40,000 bases of DNA from NCBI RefSeq assembly GCF_000262045.1, contig NZ_AJVF01000013.1, positions 653,868-693,867 of the forward strand, given 5' to 3'. Made by a program: the position numbers and the translations under genes. Origin of the DNA: Bacillus siamensis KCTC 13613. Its GTDB lineage: Bacteria; Bacillota; Bacilli; Bacillales; Bacillaceae. Position 1 is the first letter of the stretch. Each line of letters starts with the position of its first letter. Under the pieces are notes generated by a model. It was not told the DNA's origin. It made no database searches and saw only the letters and a list, made by a program, of their open reading frames with translations. Positions 9,901 to 19,512 of this stretch are shown in pieces.

Positions 9901-11802
9901 CTTTTCTTTTTTCGTGCCGCCGCCTAATAATCCGCCGATATTGAGTTTGCCTAATTTTTCGGCGATGCCTGCGAATATTTTTTCTATTAATTCCCCGGCT
10001 TTTTCGATGATTTTGTCCGGGCTGAATTTCTCAAATTTCTTTGCAATCTTACCGACAATTTTATCAACAAATGCCTCAGCTTTTTCGATGATTGCATCAG
10101 GACTGAACTTGCCGAACTTTTTATCAATGCCTCCGAACAGTGAGGATGTAAACTGCTCCACTTTTTCCAGAATCTTATCCGGATTGAGAAAATCGAATTT
10201 CTCAGAAATTCGGTCGATCGTGTCATTTACAAATTGTTCGGCGCGGTCGATCAGCTTATCAGGACTGAATTTACCGACAACGTCGTCGACTTTCTTCATA
10301 AACGAATCAGTAAAATGATCCAGCTCTTTCAATATGGCTTCCGGACTGAATTTGCTGACAACGTCATCTATCTTTTTCATAAATGAATCAGTGAATTTAT
10401 CCAGCTCTTTCAATATGGCTTCCGGACTGAATTTACTCACGATTCCGTCTACCTTTTTCATAAACGAATCAGCAAATTTATCCAGTTCGGTTAAAATCGT
10501 TTCCGGACTGAATTTGCTTGCGATCTCGTCCACTTTTCCCATAAATGACGTCGTGAACTTGTCCAGCTCGGTTAAAATCGTTTCCGGACTGAATTTGCTT
10601 GCGATCTCGTCCACTTTTCCCATGAATGATGTCGTGAACTTATCCAGCTCGGTTAAAATCGTTTCCGGGCTGAATTTGCTTGCGATTTCGTCCACTTTTC
10701 CCATGAATGACGTCGTGAACTTGTCCAGTTCGGCTAATATTGTTACCGGGCTGAATTTGCTCGCAATCTCGTCCACTTTTCCCATGAATGACGTCGTGAA
10801 CTTATCCAGCTCGGTTAAAATCGTTTCCGGACTGAATTTGCTCGCGATCTCGTCCACTTTTCCCATGAATGACGTCGTGAACTTATCCAGCTCGGTTAAA
10901 ATCGTTTCCGGACTGAATTTGCTTGCGATTTCATCCACTTTTCCCATGAATGATGTCGTGAACTTATCCAGCTCCGCTAAAATGGTTTCCGGACTGAATT
11001 TGCTTGCAATTTCGTCTGCCTTTTTCATAAAGTTTGCGGCGAATTTGTCCAGTTCCGCGATAATCGTTTCCGGATAGAACTTGGATGCGATGTCATTGAC
11101 TTTTTTCATGAAGGTGTCTGCAACGGAATCAAGCATTGAAAAATCGGTTTTCGGCGAAGCAGGAGCAGCAGATGCAGAAGCTTTTCCGAAGTCCGGCATA
11201 TTCTTTTGCATTGCAGCCAGCTGTGCTGTCACCTTTTCGTTTAACGATAATTGAATGACATTGTTTTTTCCCGTCAGCGAATCAATGCCCGATGAAATTC
11301 GGCCGACTGTTTTCATGACATGATCTATGACGCGTATAGTGACGGAGTACCCGTTTTTTAACGCAGATTGCATGTAGCGTTTGATGCGTTCCATGGCAGG
11401 GGTCACTTCGTCTGACGCATACAGTGAAACGGTAAATCCTTTGAAACCCGCAGCCAGATTCCGCAATCTCTCAAATGCCGCTGTCGCGCTGTCTTTTGCT
11501 CCTATTTTAATGGTTAAAGACGCAGGCAGACCCGCTAATTGGGCTTGCACCTTTTGAATGACGGCACTGGCTCCGTCTTCAGCTGAAATAGAGATCGTTT
11601 GTGCGCCCAGCTTTCTTTTCATAGAGCGCTGAATGCGGTCAATTGTTCTTAAAACAGATTTACTCTCTTTGCGTATATCAATTTCACTTTGGCGTTTTGT
11701 CATTTTCCTGTATTTCTCAAGCGCTCTGAAGCCATTTTGGATTTTCCTTATTTTCTTTGAAACCCGATCTTCCAATTCAAAACGGGCGGTCAGCTTTGCC
11801 AT
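6922..11802 (-). CDS. xkdO: tail tape measure protein with internal tandem repeats and a C-terminal lytic transglycosylase (SLT-like) domain
   Basis: 1626-aa ORF with RBS GGGGGAG 7 nt upstream, located after the chaperone gene. It has Gly/Ala-rich hydrophobic segments and an SLT-like motif [13 protein letters not shown] with the Glu codon at 7555-7557. Confidence 0.95.
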   Translation of the reverse strand: MAKLTARFELEDRVSKKIRKIQNGFRALEKYRKMTKRQSEIDIRKESKSVLRTIDRIQRSMKRKLGAQTISISAEDGASAVIQKVQAQLAGLPASLTIKIGAKDSATAAFERLRNLAAGFKGFTVSLYASDEVTPAMERIKRYMQSALKNGYSVTIRVIDHVMKTVGRISSGIDSLTGKNNVIQLSLNEKVTAQLAAMQKNMPDFGKASASAAPASPKTDFSMLDSVADTFMKKVNDIASKFYPETIIAELDKFAANFMKKADEIASKFSPETILAELDKFTTSFMGKVDEIASKFSPETILTELDKFTTSFMGKVDEIASKFSPETILTELDKFTTSFMGKVDEIASKFSPVTILAELDKFTTSFMGKVDEIASKFSPETILTELDKFTTSFMGKVDEIASKFSPETILTELDKFTTSFMGKVDEIASKFSPETILTELDKFADSFMKKVDGIVSKFSPEAILKELDKFTDSFMKKIDDVVSKFSPEAILKELDHFTDSFMKKVDDVVGKFSPDKLIDRAEQFVNDTIDRISEKFDFLNPDKILEKVEQFTSSLFGGIDKKFGKFSPDAIIEKAEAFVDKIVGKIAKKFEKFSPDKIIEKAGELIEKIFAGIAEKLGKLNIGGLLGGGTKKEKSKGGLSAGGANGPKRPDLTKGSQRTATATKSSGKSAKKTGGAFGGCCCCTGVTMGKSSKVEGRNKSSKKGSSVKESKQASVNTPKTKGAGKGIGAFLKDLGGSKALKGGMKGLKGAAKGIPGIGELLSLTDLAGINKDNAGEKVGSAGGGLAGAAAGAAIGSVVPGVGTLIGGAVGGIAGSLGGSSLGEAFDSGTLKDTWNDISEAAQSAWTTIQDTWGSVSSWFMENVWTPVSTAVVGVATSIWSNIVNAWTTIQGIFSTVSSWFMENVWTPVSTAVVGVATSIWSNIVNAWTTIQGVFSTVSGWFMSTVWEPVKSAVVGVATSIWSKITGAWDKIKSVFSTVSGWFMDIVWNPVKNMVEKVGKGISDAFTTALDTVKDIWKGLSGWFEKNIKEPLVKVGTAISDAFSAAFDWVKKIWDKTGGKLISGVMDFVTGGGDKKKKPDKNATGGFITKPTISWIGEAGKEFVIPVDNNRGRGKMLLSQAASKLGMRVVDDMGAASAQSSAAPAGAGGVSSSASVSAAASVDASGFAGTASSLGKQFTEGFDSGISNKAVDMDGWKEKNIGTPFNALISSSPDYGKQVVAGYAKGQNTSQTGTDSFLKTKVKTPYQSAVNQSSSWGTATVKGFSAGQNAKDTGTAQYVSTHINKPFVQSRDSANGWGSGLIGHFVSGMNAKGSEVKQAAKDLAKKVEEAFREELDIHSPSRVMMSLGRFASVGVVKGLSSVDVKKYAEKQAGSLAAAFSGMGAAGGSVKEWLLAAMKATNTPISWLPGLMTIAQNESGGNPNSINLWDSNAKAGHPSQGLMQTIPSTFESHKAPGMNDIRNPIHNAAAAIGYIKSRYGSINNVPGIKSMAHGGPYVGYANGGLITKEQIARVGEGNKREWIIPEERGIRGRYLLQKAAQALGMEVSDPSQTETAALSAGTVSAAVKGGGQTVQKTGTKEIKIEFSGDQHFHNGQDADSLAAKIKQALIDELQKDIYTGAKGAVAFD
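8640..9260 (-). repeat. 123-bp (41-codon) in-frame tandem repeat inside xkdO
   Basis: Units 9011-9133 and 9134-9256 are near identical over about 105 nt. About three diverged units lie downstream. The protein unit is [41 protein letters not shown]. Confidence 0.9.
9960..11130 (-). repeat. 81-bp (27-codon) in-frame tandem array inside xkdO, about 15 units
   Basis: Unit starts fall every 81 nt at 10339, 10420, 10501 ... 11068. The six units at 10501-10986 differ by only a few nt and encode [27 protein letters not shown]. Flanking units are progressively diverged. Confidence 0.95.
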
Positions 11803-12430
11803 GATGTCGCTCCCCCTTTCTTCGCTTGTTTTTCAAGAATGTCCAGCTTGTAACCGATTAAACCGTACAGCAGCGCCTTAAAATGCCTCGGTGCTTCATA
11901 TAACTCTTTCAGTTCTGATGGAGAATAATGAAGCTCGTGCATCGCGTAATAAAGATACACGGCTTCCTTATTCCCATCTTTTATCAGTTTTTTGCTTCTT
12001 GCTCCAGATCTTCTAATTCATCTTCAAAACCATTGATCTCAATCGCTTTATTCAGCCAATTTGCATATTCGCCGCCGACTGAAAGAACACGTTTTGCGAC
12101 TTCGACCGGATCTGCCGTTTTGTAGGCATCACGGAGCTCCTTAGACCGGAAATCAGGGTAAATCGTAGATTCAACTGCGATCCGCGCATAAAAACGCTGG
12201 CTGTCTAAGTCTTTTACGCGGCCTCTGCCTTTTACATTTTTATAAGTCGTGCTTTCCTTTTCCAGTTCATCAATGCGTTCCGTCGTAATGGCTTTAAAAA
12301 TAAAAGGCACGATGTTTCCTTTTTTATCGACAAAACGCTTTGAAAGCGGAACGCGGATCTCCTCAGCTTCGACTGTTTTACCCGGCATAAAGAATGACAG
12401 ATCATATACTTGTTCGTTTTTTTCGCTCAT
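11790..12430 (-). CDS. predicted -1 frameshift fusion of the tail assembly chaperone (G-T type product)
   Basis: The slippery heptamer A_AAA_AAC (minus strand, 11993-11987) sits in the correct zero frame one codon before the xkdN stop. The -1 frame then stays open for 65 codons ([65 protein letters not shown]) up to TGA at 11792-11790. Confidence 0.55.
11984..12430 (-). CDS. xkdN: tail assembly chaperone XkdN-like
   Basis: I chose the ATG at 12430 (RBS AAGGGAG 9 nt upstream). The longer ORF to 12490 would run through a terminator hairpin. The gene lies between the tube and tape measure genes. Confidence 0.82.
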   Translation of the reverse strand: MSEKNEQVYDLSFFMPGKTVEAEEIRVPLSKRFVDKKGNIVPFIFKAITTERIDELEKESTTYKNVKGRGRVKDLDSQRFYARIAVESTIYPDFRSKELRDAYKTADPVEVAKRVLSVGGEYANWLNKAIEINGFEDELEDLEQEAKN

Positions 12431-12457
12431 GATGAAAACTCCCTTACTCTTTTTTTT

Positions 12458-12487
12458 ATAAAAAACAGGCCTGTACAAGGCCTGTTT
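12458..12487 (-). terminator. intrinsic terminator-like hairpin between tube gene xkdM and chaperone gene xkdN
   Basis: Minus strand reads AAACAGGCC-TTGTACA-GGCCTGTTT followed by TTTATAAAAAAAA. The stem is a perfect 9 bp and there are six consecutive U counting the stem end. Confidence 0.6.
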
Positions 12488-12505
12488 CATTCATACTGAT
12501 TTTGA

Positions 12506-12949
12506 TTAAAACGTTTCAGAAAGCTTTTCCGGCACATCGAAATCTTCAAAGGTAAACGGCACTTCTTCTTCAAGCGCCTCTGAGTCTACGTCCAGTCCAG
12601 CGATTTTTGCAGAATCAAAGTTGACGTCATACAGGGTGACGCGTTCTGTTCCGCGGCCTGATGATTTGTCGTCAAGAACGGCTTGCAGCGTAAAATACGG
12701 GTCGCTGCCTTTTTTCACGTAATCCATCATAAGCACGGCGAATTTGGATGTAACTTTATAGAACGTCGCCGTGCCCGTTCCGTTGGCGCCAGTCGTTTTA
12801 TGCCCCGTCATGCGGCGTCCCATGATGTTTACTTCTGATTTGTTTTTTTCTACGTTTGCTTCAAAGGTTTTAATATGCGCCATCTCTTCTCCATCGAGAA
12901 ATAAACGGCCTTCTTTTCCTGAAATTGTGTTTTGCGCTTTTAATGCCAT
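12506..12949 (-). CDS. xkdM: tail tube protein XkdM-like
   Basis: 147-aa ORF immediately after the sheath gene, with typical size and position. Confidence 0.88.
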   Translation of the reverse strand: MALKAQNTISGKEGRLFLDGEEMAHIKTFEANVEKNKSEVNIMGRRMTGHKTTGANGTGTATFYKVTSKFAVLMMDYVKKGSDPYFTLQAVLDDKSSGRGTERVTLYDVNFDSAKIAGLDVDSEALEEEVPFTFEDFDVPEKLSETF

Positions 12950-12950
12950 C

Positions 12951-14348
12951 TTAGTTTACCTCCACATTAAAGTAGAATTTTTCTGCTGCATCCACAGGCT
13001 GCACGGCGAGATCAATTAAAAAGCCGTCGCGGTCTTCATTAAGGCCGATTGTAATGTCTTTATCTGAATCAAAGTTAGCGATGCCGCCCGCATCCTGAAG
13101 CGTTGTCAAATATTGAATAATCATCGTTTTGACGAATTGAAGGCCGTCGTTTGTCGCTGGAAGATCGCTTCCGGTGCCTTTTTTCGATTTAATTAAGGCT
13201 TTCAGTTCACGTGTCAAATCGTTATTCACCGCATCAAGCACACGGACGATTTTATTTTTCGCGAACTTTTTGTTTTTCTCTGCTGTAAATGTCACCAATG
13301 AGTTGATATCTTTTTCTACGCTGACTGACTTATCACGGGCGTCATAAGAGAAAAGGAATTCACCTTTGGAAAGGCGTTCGATTACTTCATCATGAGTCAG
13401 GCGATGCAGCACATCAACCGCGCCTTCGTATTCAACGAAAGTTAAGGATTGGTTAAATGCAGCGGCGGCACTTGCACCTGCCACCCACGCGGTCGCATCT
13501 TCAGCTTTAATTTCGGTTCCGTCTTCAAGCAGGACGCCCTCAGTCACATTGATGATACCTTCGTAATCTCCGTTGTAATGGGCAGTCACCCCTTGCACTT
13601 TCTGTCCCTGCGCATCGCGAAGGCGTTTAATGAATGCGGCAAATGTCGCTTTCAGCTGATCGTTATCCGCGACAGGAAGAGCGATGACATCGAAATTCTC
13701 CGTTTCAGCCGCAGCTAAAAAATCCGTATAGTCTGAGTTGACCGGCGCTTTATCAGTTCCTCCCGCAAGACGGATGCCTGCCTGAGGATTTAACGTTTCT
13801 CCGGACTCTTCGTCAGTGCCTGTCAGCGGGATGGAAGCCGACAGCTCGCCCGTTCCCGTGAATGTGACATAGCCGTTCGCTTTTAACTCCTCGGCCTTTT
13901 TCACCGTTTGTTTGTCAACTTCCGCTTCATCCATGTATGTGGTCACATCGAAAGCAGTCTGGTCAAGGACGTTCTCACTGATGCGGATGATGATGTCATT
14001 TCCTTTTGAACCGCCGTACAAAGCGGTTGCTTTTACACCTTGCGAAAGATCGGCGCTCGCTCTGATTCCCTCTGTCAGACGGTACATCAAAACGGTTTTT
14101 GCTTTCTTTTTCGCCTCGCGCAGCAGAATCAGTGACGGATCTTCAATGCTGAGCCCTACTTTTTTATTCAAATCTTCAATGCTTGAAATAGAGACGAATG
14201 TTTTCGCTTCCCCCCAGTTAGATGCGACGGGAAGGGCGACAATCCCCCGTTCACCGATTGTGACCCGCTCCTGGGCAGTTGTCTTAAAGTTAAAATAGAT
14301 CCCGGCACGTTCTTTTTCTTTTCCTTGCGTAAATGTTCCGCCGTTCAT
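12951..14348 (-). CDS. xkdK: contractile tail sheath protein
   Basis: 465-aa ORF at the PBSX xkdK position, with sheath-like length. Its ATG overlaps the upstream stop (TAATG). Confidence 0.92.
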   Translation of the reverse strand: MNGGTFTQGKEKERAGIYFNFKTTAQERVTIGERGIVALPVASNWGEAKTFVSISSIEDLNKKVGLSIEDPSLILLREAKKKAKTVLMYRLTEGIRASADLSQGVKATALYGGSKGNDIIIRISENVLDQTAFDVTTYMDEAEVDKQTVKKAEELKANGYVTFTGTGELSASIPLTGTDEESGETLNPQAGIRLAGGTDKAPVNSDYTDFLAAAETENFDVIALPVADNDQLKATFAAFIKRLRDAQGQKVQGVTAHYNGDYEGIINVTEGVLLEDGTEIKAEDATAWVAGASAAAAFNQSLTFVEYEGAVDVLHRLTHDEVIERLSKGEFLFSYDARDKSVSVEKDINSLVTFTAEKNKKFAKNKIVRVLDAVNNDLTRELKALIKSKKGTGSDLPATNDGLQFVKTMIIQYLTTLQDAGGIANFDSDKDITIGLNEDRDGFLIDLAVQPVDAAEKFYFNVEVN

Positions 14349-14557
14349 TATTGCATGACCTCCTTGGTTAAAAATGCTTGAATGTAAGTCTGGGCTTGCG
14401 CTTTTGTCATTTGTTTCTGCTTCACGCCGAATAAAGCCCCCTGGAGAATCTCAGGTTTTACGCCGAAAAGCTCCTTCGCGTGCTTTGTTAAATCTGCCGT
14501 GTCAAAAAGAACCGCTCTTTCTGCCGTTGCGGCATTTTTCTTTTTATGTTCTTTCAC
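14348..14557 (-). CDS. small conserved PBSX-like protein (hypothetical)
   Basis: 69-aa ORF whose GTG start overlaps the xkdJ stop (GTGA). It is translationally coupled on both sides. Confidence 0.6.
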   Translation of the reverse strand: MKEHKKKNAATAERAVLFDTADLTKHAKELFGVKPEILQGALFGVKQKQMTKAQAQTYIQAFLTKEVMQ

Positions 14558-15000
14558 TTTTGTTTCACCCCGCTGTTAATGTCCACATCCCGCAGTGCGG
14601 GAGATGTTTGTTTCTGATAGTAGTAGCGGCTCGTCCAGCGGATGGTGATCACTGCCTCGCCTTTGTCTCCGACTCTTGTTTCGATACGGCTGATGCGGAC
14701 GAAATCACCCGTATCCTCTCCTGATTCCGTAAGCAGCGGAATGATCTGTCTTGATTCTCTCACCGCATCAGCGATCCGGTCGGCTGCAGAGAGCGCCTGC
14801 ACCGAGTCAGCATGAAACAGCTTCACATTCAGACTGTATGTCTTCTTAAAGGTAGAGACTGTGTCATTCTCGTCAAAAACATACGGGGGCGGGATGTAAA
14901 GGGACGGCACCTGAAATTGTTCAGGCAGTTCATTTTCATATACGGGCACGCCGCACTGCTGATACAAAAAAGCGGCGATTGAACCGGTCTCGCGATTCAT
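14554..15000 (-). CDS. xkdJ: XkdJ-like tail completion / neck protein
   Basis: 148-aa ORF with an ATGA overlap to xkdI. Synteny supports the call. Confidence 0.75.
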   Translation of the reverse strand: MNRETGSIAAFLYQQCGVPVYENELPEQFQVPSLYIPPPYVFDENDTVSTFKKTYSLNVKLFHADSVQALSAADRIADAVRESRQIIPLLTESGEDTGDFVRISRIETRVGDKGEAVITIRWTSRYYYQKQTSPALRDVDINSGVKQK

Positions 15001-15500
15001 CCGTTATCTCCCCCTAACGTGTTGAGCCACTGATTGAAGCGCTTGTCCAGCGAACCGGCGAAGATGGTTTCATACATAAGAAGGGCTTTGTCCCAAAACC
15101 CATTCCCGCTGATCCACTGTTTTTTGAGCGCCATTCCGGTTGAAGCTGACGGATCATAGATGAACCGGGAGCCTTGAAAATACCCGGGCACCCATCTGAC
15201 ATTTTCATCTGAGACGGTCCAATGTCCGTCATTTATGAATGAGGCATACTCTACATTAGTACCGATTTCAAGGGTCAGTCCCCCGTTTTCAATGATCCAT
15301 ACATGATCCTGCGCTCCTTTTCGGAAGGAAGACAGCAGGTTTTCTGTATCAATCCCTCCCGAATGCATGAGCTCCTCCCGTACCAGGTCGAGAAATTCCT
15401 CCCCTGATTGTTCCAGCCATCGGCCAGCCTGACGGGCAAATTCTCCGGATGATGCCTTTTGCAGCGACCGATTCCATTTTTCCAGGCTTTTTTTGCTCAT
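14997..15500 (-). CDS. xkdI: HK97 gp10-like head-tail joining protein XkdI
   Basis: 167-aa ORF with an ATGA overlap to xkdH. Synteny supports the call. Confidence 0.78.
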   Translation of the reverse strand: MSKKSLEKWNRSLQKASSGEFARQAGRWLEQSGEEFLDLVREELMHSGGIDTENLLSSFRKGAQDHVWIIENGGLTLEIGTNVEYASFINDGHWTVSDENVRWVPGYFQGSRFIYDPSASTGMALKKQWISGNGFWDKALLMYETIFAGSLDKRFNQWLNTLGGDNG

Positions 15501-15853
15501 AGTCTGTCATCTCTCACAGCAATGGCCTCCCAATGGTGCTGTCTTGCTTTCTTCGGCATTTCCAGAATATACGCCTGTCCTTCCCAAATGATTTTGTCAT
15601 TAACACGCACTGCAGCCTCTTTCGGAAAATGAACGAGAAACCGCTGATATACTTTATGATCAGGCGCAAGCTGAATAAGCCGCTGCTGTTTTTCAACAAA
15701 CAGGCACGGCACGTCTTCAGCGTCGGGAACGTCCGGATAAGTAAAAACAGGCTGGAGCTTTTCAGCGGGAATGCCGAAGCGCCCGGCCTTCGGAACTGAC
15801 ACCGTCTCATGATAAATATCGCATCTGTCAGTGAGCAGCCGTTCATAGCTCAT
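15497..15853 (-). CDS. xkdH: head-tail adaptor XkdH-like
   Basis: 118-aa ORF with an ATGA overlap to the upstream gene. Synteny supports the call. Confidence 0.78.
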   Translation of the reverse strand: MSYERLLTDRCDIYHETVSVPKAGRFGIPAEKLQPVFTYPDVPDAEDVPCLFVEKQQRLIQLAPDHKVYQRFLVHFPKEAAVRVNDKIIWEGQAYILEMPKKARQHHWEAIAVRDDRL

Positions 15854-16233
15854 AACGGTCTCACCTTAGCGCTTATAGAAACCGGGGAATAGCCCGGCGC
15901 GATATATTCACAGAGCAGATGGTATACCGCCGGTTTTCGGATTCCGCCTTCACCCGACACTGTATAGGAATAGTCGCCTATCTTTTCAGATTGATAGGCG
16001 GAAGCGGCGGCTTCATTCTGATTGATCAGCGCAAAATATTGAGAAAGCTTTAATAACGCAAGCTTAACCTTCTCGGGAAGCGGTGAGTAAACAGGATCAG
16101 TGAACGAGTGCCCCGCCATTCTGGCCGCTTCCGCTTCCGCCTCCAGAATGTCCTGTATAAGCAGCGGCTCCGGCCTGTTTTTGACTTCATCATAAACTGA
16201 ATATGAGACAACGTCAGACGGCTGAATTAACAT
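15850..16233 (-). CDS. head-tail connector (gp6-like) protein
   Basis: The ORF lies directly after the capsid gene. ATG at 16233 has GGGGGTG 6 nt upstream. The alternative GTG at 16242 has no spacer. Confidence 0.7.
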   Translation of the reverse strand: MLIQPSDVVSYSVYDEVKNRPEPLLIQDILEAEAEAARMAGHSFTDPVYSPLPEKVKLALLKLSQYFALINQNEAAASAYQSEKIGDYSYTVSGEGGIRKPAVYHLLCEYIAPGYSPVSISAKVRPL

Positions 16234-16249
16234 AACTGCCACCCCCGGC

Positions 16250-17185
16250 TTATTCTTTAACGTTTACGATTTTGGCGCTTGCATCTTCTTCTTCAAATTT
16301 GCTGTCAAGTTTAGCCGTCAGTACGATAATAAATTTTCGGCTGCGGATATCTTTATCTACTTCAATTCGGATATTCCGTGAAAAACCGAGAATGATATTT
16401 TTCGGATGAGTCAAAATGATGTCAGACGCATCGTACTGGGAATCACCTTCTCCGACTGAGTACGGCTGCAGGTTGGAAACCCCCTTGACCGGAACACCGA
16501 ATGCTGAGGATAAACCGCCCTGCACCGCAAGATCCCCCAGATTGGTCTGACGGTCAGCCACACGGTCTTTCCATTCAATCTCCATGCCTTGAGACGTGTA
16601 GAATCTGAATTCCTGAGGCAGGCGTAAATATTTTGCCGGAATGGCTTTTAAACCTTTTTTAAATGTAGCTCTGGACAGTTCTTCCCCATTTCCGTCGATG
16701 ACGTGAGACACAGTCTGTTTACGGATTCCGTCAAGCTGTGCCAAATACGGATCAGAAGAAGATGTATCGCCGTTTACGACAAGCTCTTCAATATCAACTG
16801 CCGCCCGCTCCGCTAAAATCTGCATGATTGTCTGCTGCAGACCGTCTTTTTCAATGTTGTTTTCAAGCGTGTCATAGGTGATGTTAATTTCCGCAATGAC
16901 TTCTTTCGTATTCAGCTGCACCGTACTTGTTGCCGGGACGGTCAGCTGATCGTCCGTTAAGGCTTTACCTTCCTCAGCAGCACGCAGAATACGCTGGCCG
17001 AAACCGATTTTTTCAAATTTCTGCGAGTCGTTTTCCATTTGAATCACACGTGATTCGCTGAAAATGGTCGGCGTGTTCTGCACCATGCGGATAAATGCTG
17101 AAGCTTGTGCGGGATTCATTAAACCGCCGCTTTTTAAAGCGGAAAGTGACATTTCCGCCTTTCTGATGATATCTTGATTTCTCAC
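16250..17185 (-). CDS. xkdG: major capsid protein XkdG-like
   Basis: GTG at 17185 is preceded by AAGGAGG at 7 nt and gives 311 aa, which avoids a 137-nt overlap with xkdF. The ORF-track start at 17347 is rejected. Confidence 0.88.
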   Translation of the reverse strand: MRNQDIIRKAEMSLSALKSGGLMNPAQASAFIRMVQNTPTIFSESRVIQMENDSQKFEKIGFGQRILRAAEEGKALTDDQLTVPATSTVQLNTKEVIAEINITYDTLENNIEKDGLQQTIMQILAERAAVDIEELVVNGDTSSSDPYLAQLDGIRKQTVSHVIDGNGEELSRATFKKGLKAIPAKYLRLPQEFRFYTSQGMEIEWKDRVADRQTNLGDLAVQGGLSSAFGVPVKGVSNLQPYSVGEGDSQYDASDIILTHPKNIILGFSRNIRIEVDKDIRSRKFIIVLTAKLDSKFEEEDASAKIVNVKE

Positions 17186-17210
17186 TAACAGTTCCTCCTT
17201 CTGACTGGGC

Positions 17211-18053
17211 TTAAAGCAGTCCGCTCCAAATGGATTTTTTAACAGGTTCTTGGCCGCCCGTCTCTTCTTCCGGCTGCTTTGAAGCGCCTCTTGCTTTTTC
17301 AAGCGCTTCGATGCGTTTAATAATCGGCGCCAGCATGTCCTCGACAAGCGTTTTCAGTTTTTCTTCATCAGACTGTGCAGGCGCCCCGTCTTTGTCTTCC
17401 GTATTTTGCTCCATACTGTCAAGCCGCTTTAAGAGCGGGTGCAGCGCGTGTTCAATCGATTCTCTTAAATCATCTTTTCTCATCTTGTTCAAGTCCTCTC
17501 CCTTGCGGTATCTTGATTTGCGGTCACGGTCGAGAAATTGCTTGACCGCGCCGATTAAGCCGGCTTGCTTTTCTGCCGGCTCCTCGTAAACATCAGCGGT
17601 TCCCGCCATGCTGTAGCCTGTAATGACACCTGCTTTAATCTGATCCCATACTTCATCGGAGGCTTTGGTGACAAGCACCCAAGATCCTTTCCGGATCACA
17701 GCATTCCCGATTTCAAAGTCATCCGGGGCGACGTACGACTCCACCACCTCGCCGGTTCCGCCTTCAAAATTATGATTTGTATCAATGTTGCGGGCGTCCG
17801 CCAAAAAACCGTGAGCGGCCTTTTCAATCTCTTCGGCCGTCATATAATCGCCATGGGCATCCGGGACATTAGGCTCGTAAACGATGCCGTAGACAAGCTT
17901 CTGCTCATCGGGTTCGCTTTTTGTAAACACCTGCACCTTTTTTTCAAATGACGGAAGGCCGGCTGCTTTTGTGAAAAAAAATTCCGTTTGGTTCGCCGCT
18001 TTATCGACATAGCTCACAAAACTGATGACGGCATTTCTTAATTCTCTCGGCAC
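17211..18053 (-). CDS. xkdF: XkdF-like protein (S78-type prohead protease-like N-terminal part with a scaffold-like acidic coiled-coil C-terminus)
   Basis: 280-aa ORF between the portal and capsid genes, with a GTG start preceded by AAGGGGGTG. Confidence 0.8.
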   Translation of the reverse strand: MPRELRNAVISFVSYVDKAANQTEFFFTKAAGLPSFEKKVQVFTKSEPDEQKLVYGIVYEPNVPDAHGDYMTAEEIEKAAHGFLADARNIDTNHNFEGGTGEVVESYVAPDDFEIGNAVIRKGSWVLVTKASDEVWDQIKAGVITGYSMAGTADVYEEPAEKQAGLIGAVKQFLDRDRKSRYRKGEDLNKMRKDDLRESIEHALHPLLKRLDSMEQNTEDKDGAPAQSDEEKLKTLVEDMLAPIIKRIEALEKARGASKQPEEETGGQEPVKKSIWSGLL

Positions 18054-18072
18054 GAGATGTTTTCACCCCCTT

Positions 18073-19509
18073 TCAGGATTGCTCTTTTTTCCCTTTCAGC
18101 ACCGGCCGGCTGTAGTACTCTTCCGGCCATTCCTCAAGCGTTTTGCCGAGCACTCTTCCGGCCAGATCACGGAGATCATTAGGAGAAACGGCACCGGCGG
18201 AGATAAATGGCGTAAGCACCTTCGCAATTTCAAGCGGATCGCGAAAATCTGGCCCTTTTAATGTGAGCTGTACATCGTGAAGCCCCAGTTCAGGCAAAAA
18301 TAGCGTATTAAGCTTATTAATCAGCGTTTTCCGCTCCGGCTGAAACACCTGCTCCTCCGTAATTTTGCGTGCCGTATCGGCTGTTGCTTTGTTGTATTCC
18401 TGCGCCTCGCCCGTATAAAGCGGCGGGAGACGAAACGCGGAGCGGAGTTTATTTCTGCTTTTGTCGTCATATTCAAGAAACAGCGCATCCTCCTGCAGAA
18501 TTTCCGCAAGTGATTTAATTTCCACAGACACAGGCGTAATGTCTTCGCCTCCGTGAAGGTCTTTTTCCTTCGCAATGCCTTCCGCCTCAATCAGCAGAAA
18601 TTTGTGGGCGTTTTCCACCCCTTCAAGGTCATTCATATAATCGTGAAGCTCTTTGTACGATGCTTCTGACAGCATACCGTTTTCAACCGTAATGGCGGCC
18701 GGCACGTGACGGCCCTGTTTGAAATACATAAAATTCAGTTCTTCCGCTTTCCGGGCGCCGTACAGATTGACGATATTGCCGACCCAGCGCGGAATACCGT
18801 ACGTTCCGCTTCCGATTTTCAAGTGAACGGCTTCATTTGCCCTGAACTTTTCAGGCAGGGTTTTTACGTATTCGCCGGTTCTCATATCCATCATGCGGGG
18901 ATCACCGTATTCCTTGAAAAACACTTTCCGTCCGTTCAGCATCTGAACATATTTACGGAACCGTTTTTGCCTTTTAATCGTTTTGGATGCGCCGTTGTCT
19001 TCATAGGAAAACGTGACCTCAACAGGATCAGTCACACCGCATACCCGCATATGCTTTACATCCAGATATTCAATCCCCGCCGGTTTTCCCAGCCCGTCCC
19101 GGAGCACCTCGAGAAAACCGTTGCCTGTTTTTTCACGGTCTTCTATCGCATATCCAAGGATCGTCTCAGCTGATTCATCAAAATGAAGACATTTGTAAAA
19201 GCTCTCCAGCTTCATCCAGTTTTTTTCGGCCCGCGCCTTTTTGCCCGGGGAGCAATCTGAACTATTTACGTCAAAGGTATATTCCACATCGAATCCAAAA
19301 CCCGTAATATTGACCCGGTATGCGTCGATGCACTGCTGAAGAATGGTCGAGTATTCAGCGATCGTTTTCAGCTCGATCAGATTATAGGGCGGTGAAATGA
19401 TATCTTCTCCGTACAGATCGGCAAATTGATCTTCGTGCATCTGCCTTGCCTGCGGCGCGGCCATTTTTGATTTAATGACGGTGGCTCTAACGTTTTGATT
19501 GTTGGGCAA
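18073..19509 (-). CDS. xkdE: portal protein, PBSX family
   Basis: 478-aa ORF after the large terminase gene, with a TTG start preceded by GGAGGAGG at 6 nt. Confidence 0.92.
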   Translation of the reverse strand: MPNNQNVRATVIKSKMAAPQARQMHEDQFADLYGEDIISPPYNLIELKTIAEYSTILQQCIDAYRVNITGFGFDVEYTFDVNSSDCSPGKKARAEKNWMKLESFYKCLHFDESAETILGYAIEDREKTGNGFLEVLRDGLGKPAGIEYLDVKHMRVCGVTDPVEVTFSYEDNGASKTIKRQKRFRKYVQMLNGRKVFFKEYGDPRMMDMRTGEYVKTLPEKFRANEAVHLKIGSGTYGIPRWVGNIVNLYGARKAEELNFMYFKQGRHVPAAITVENGMLSEASYKELHDYMNDLEGVENAHKFLLIEAEGIAKEKDLHGGEDITPVSVEIKSLAEILQEDALFLEYDDKSRNKLRSAFRLPPLYTGEAQEYNKATADTARKITEEQVFQPERKTLINKLNTLFLPELGLHDVQLTLKGPDFRDPLEIAKVLTPFISAGAVSPNDLRDLAGRVLGKTLEEWPEEYYSRPVLKGKKEQS

Positions 19510-19512
19510 CGT

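Noticed and set aside
9170-11077. Long plus-strand ORFs (382 aa at 9170-10318 and 247 aa at 10334-11077, the latter itself repetitive) antisense to the tape measure gene
   Set aside because: They mirror the in-frame tandem repeats and low-complexity Gly/Ala/Ser regions of xkdO. They have no RBS, have Pro/Ser/Leu-rich nonsense composition, and lie wholly inside a gene with overwhelming coding evidence.
8640-11130. Regularly spaced direct repeats that could be mistaken for a CRISPR array
   Set aside because: The units are contiguous with no spacers. Their periods are multiples of three (81 and 123 nt), and they lie in frame inside one long ORF. No cas genes are present.
16250-17347. 365-aa version of the capsid ORF that overlaps xkdF by 137 nt
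   Set aside because: The internal GTG at 17185 has a consensus AAGGAGG RBS at ideal spacing and removes the overlap. The upstream extension is Lys/Arg-rich read-through of the xkdF 3' region in another frame.
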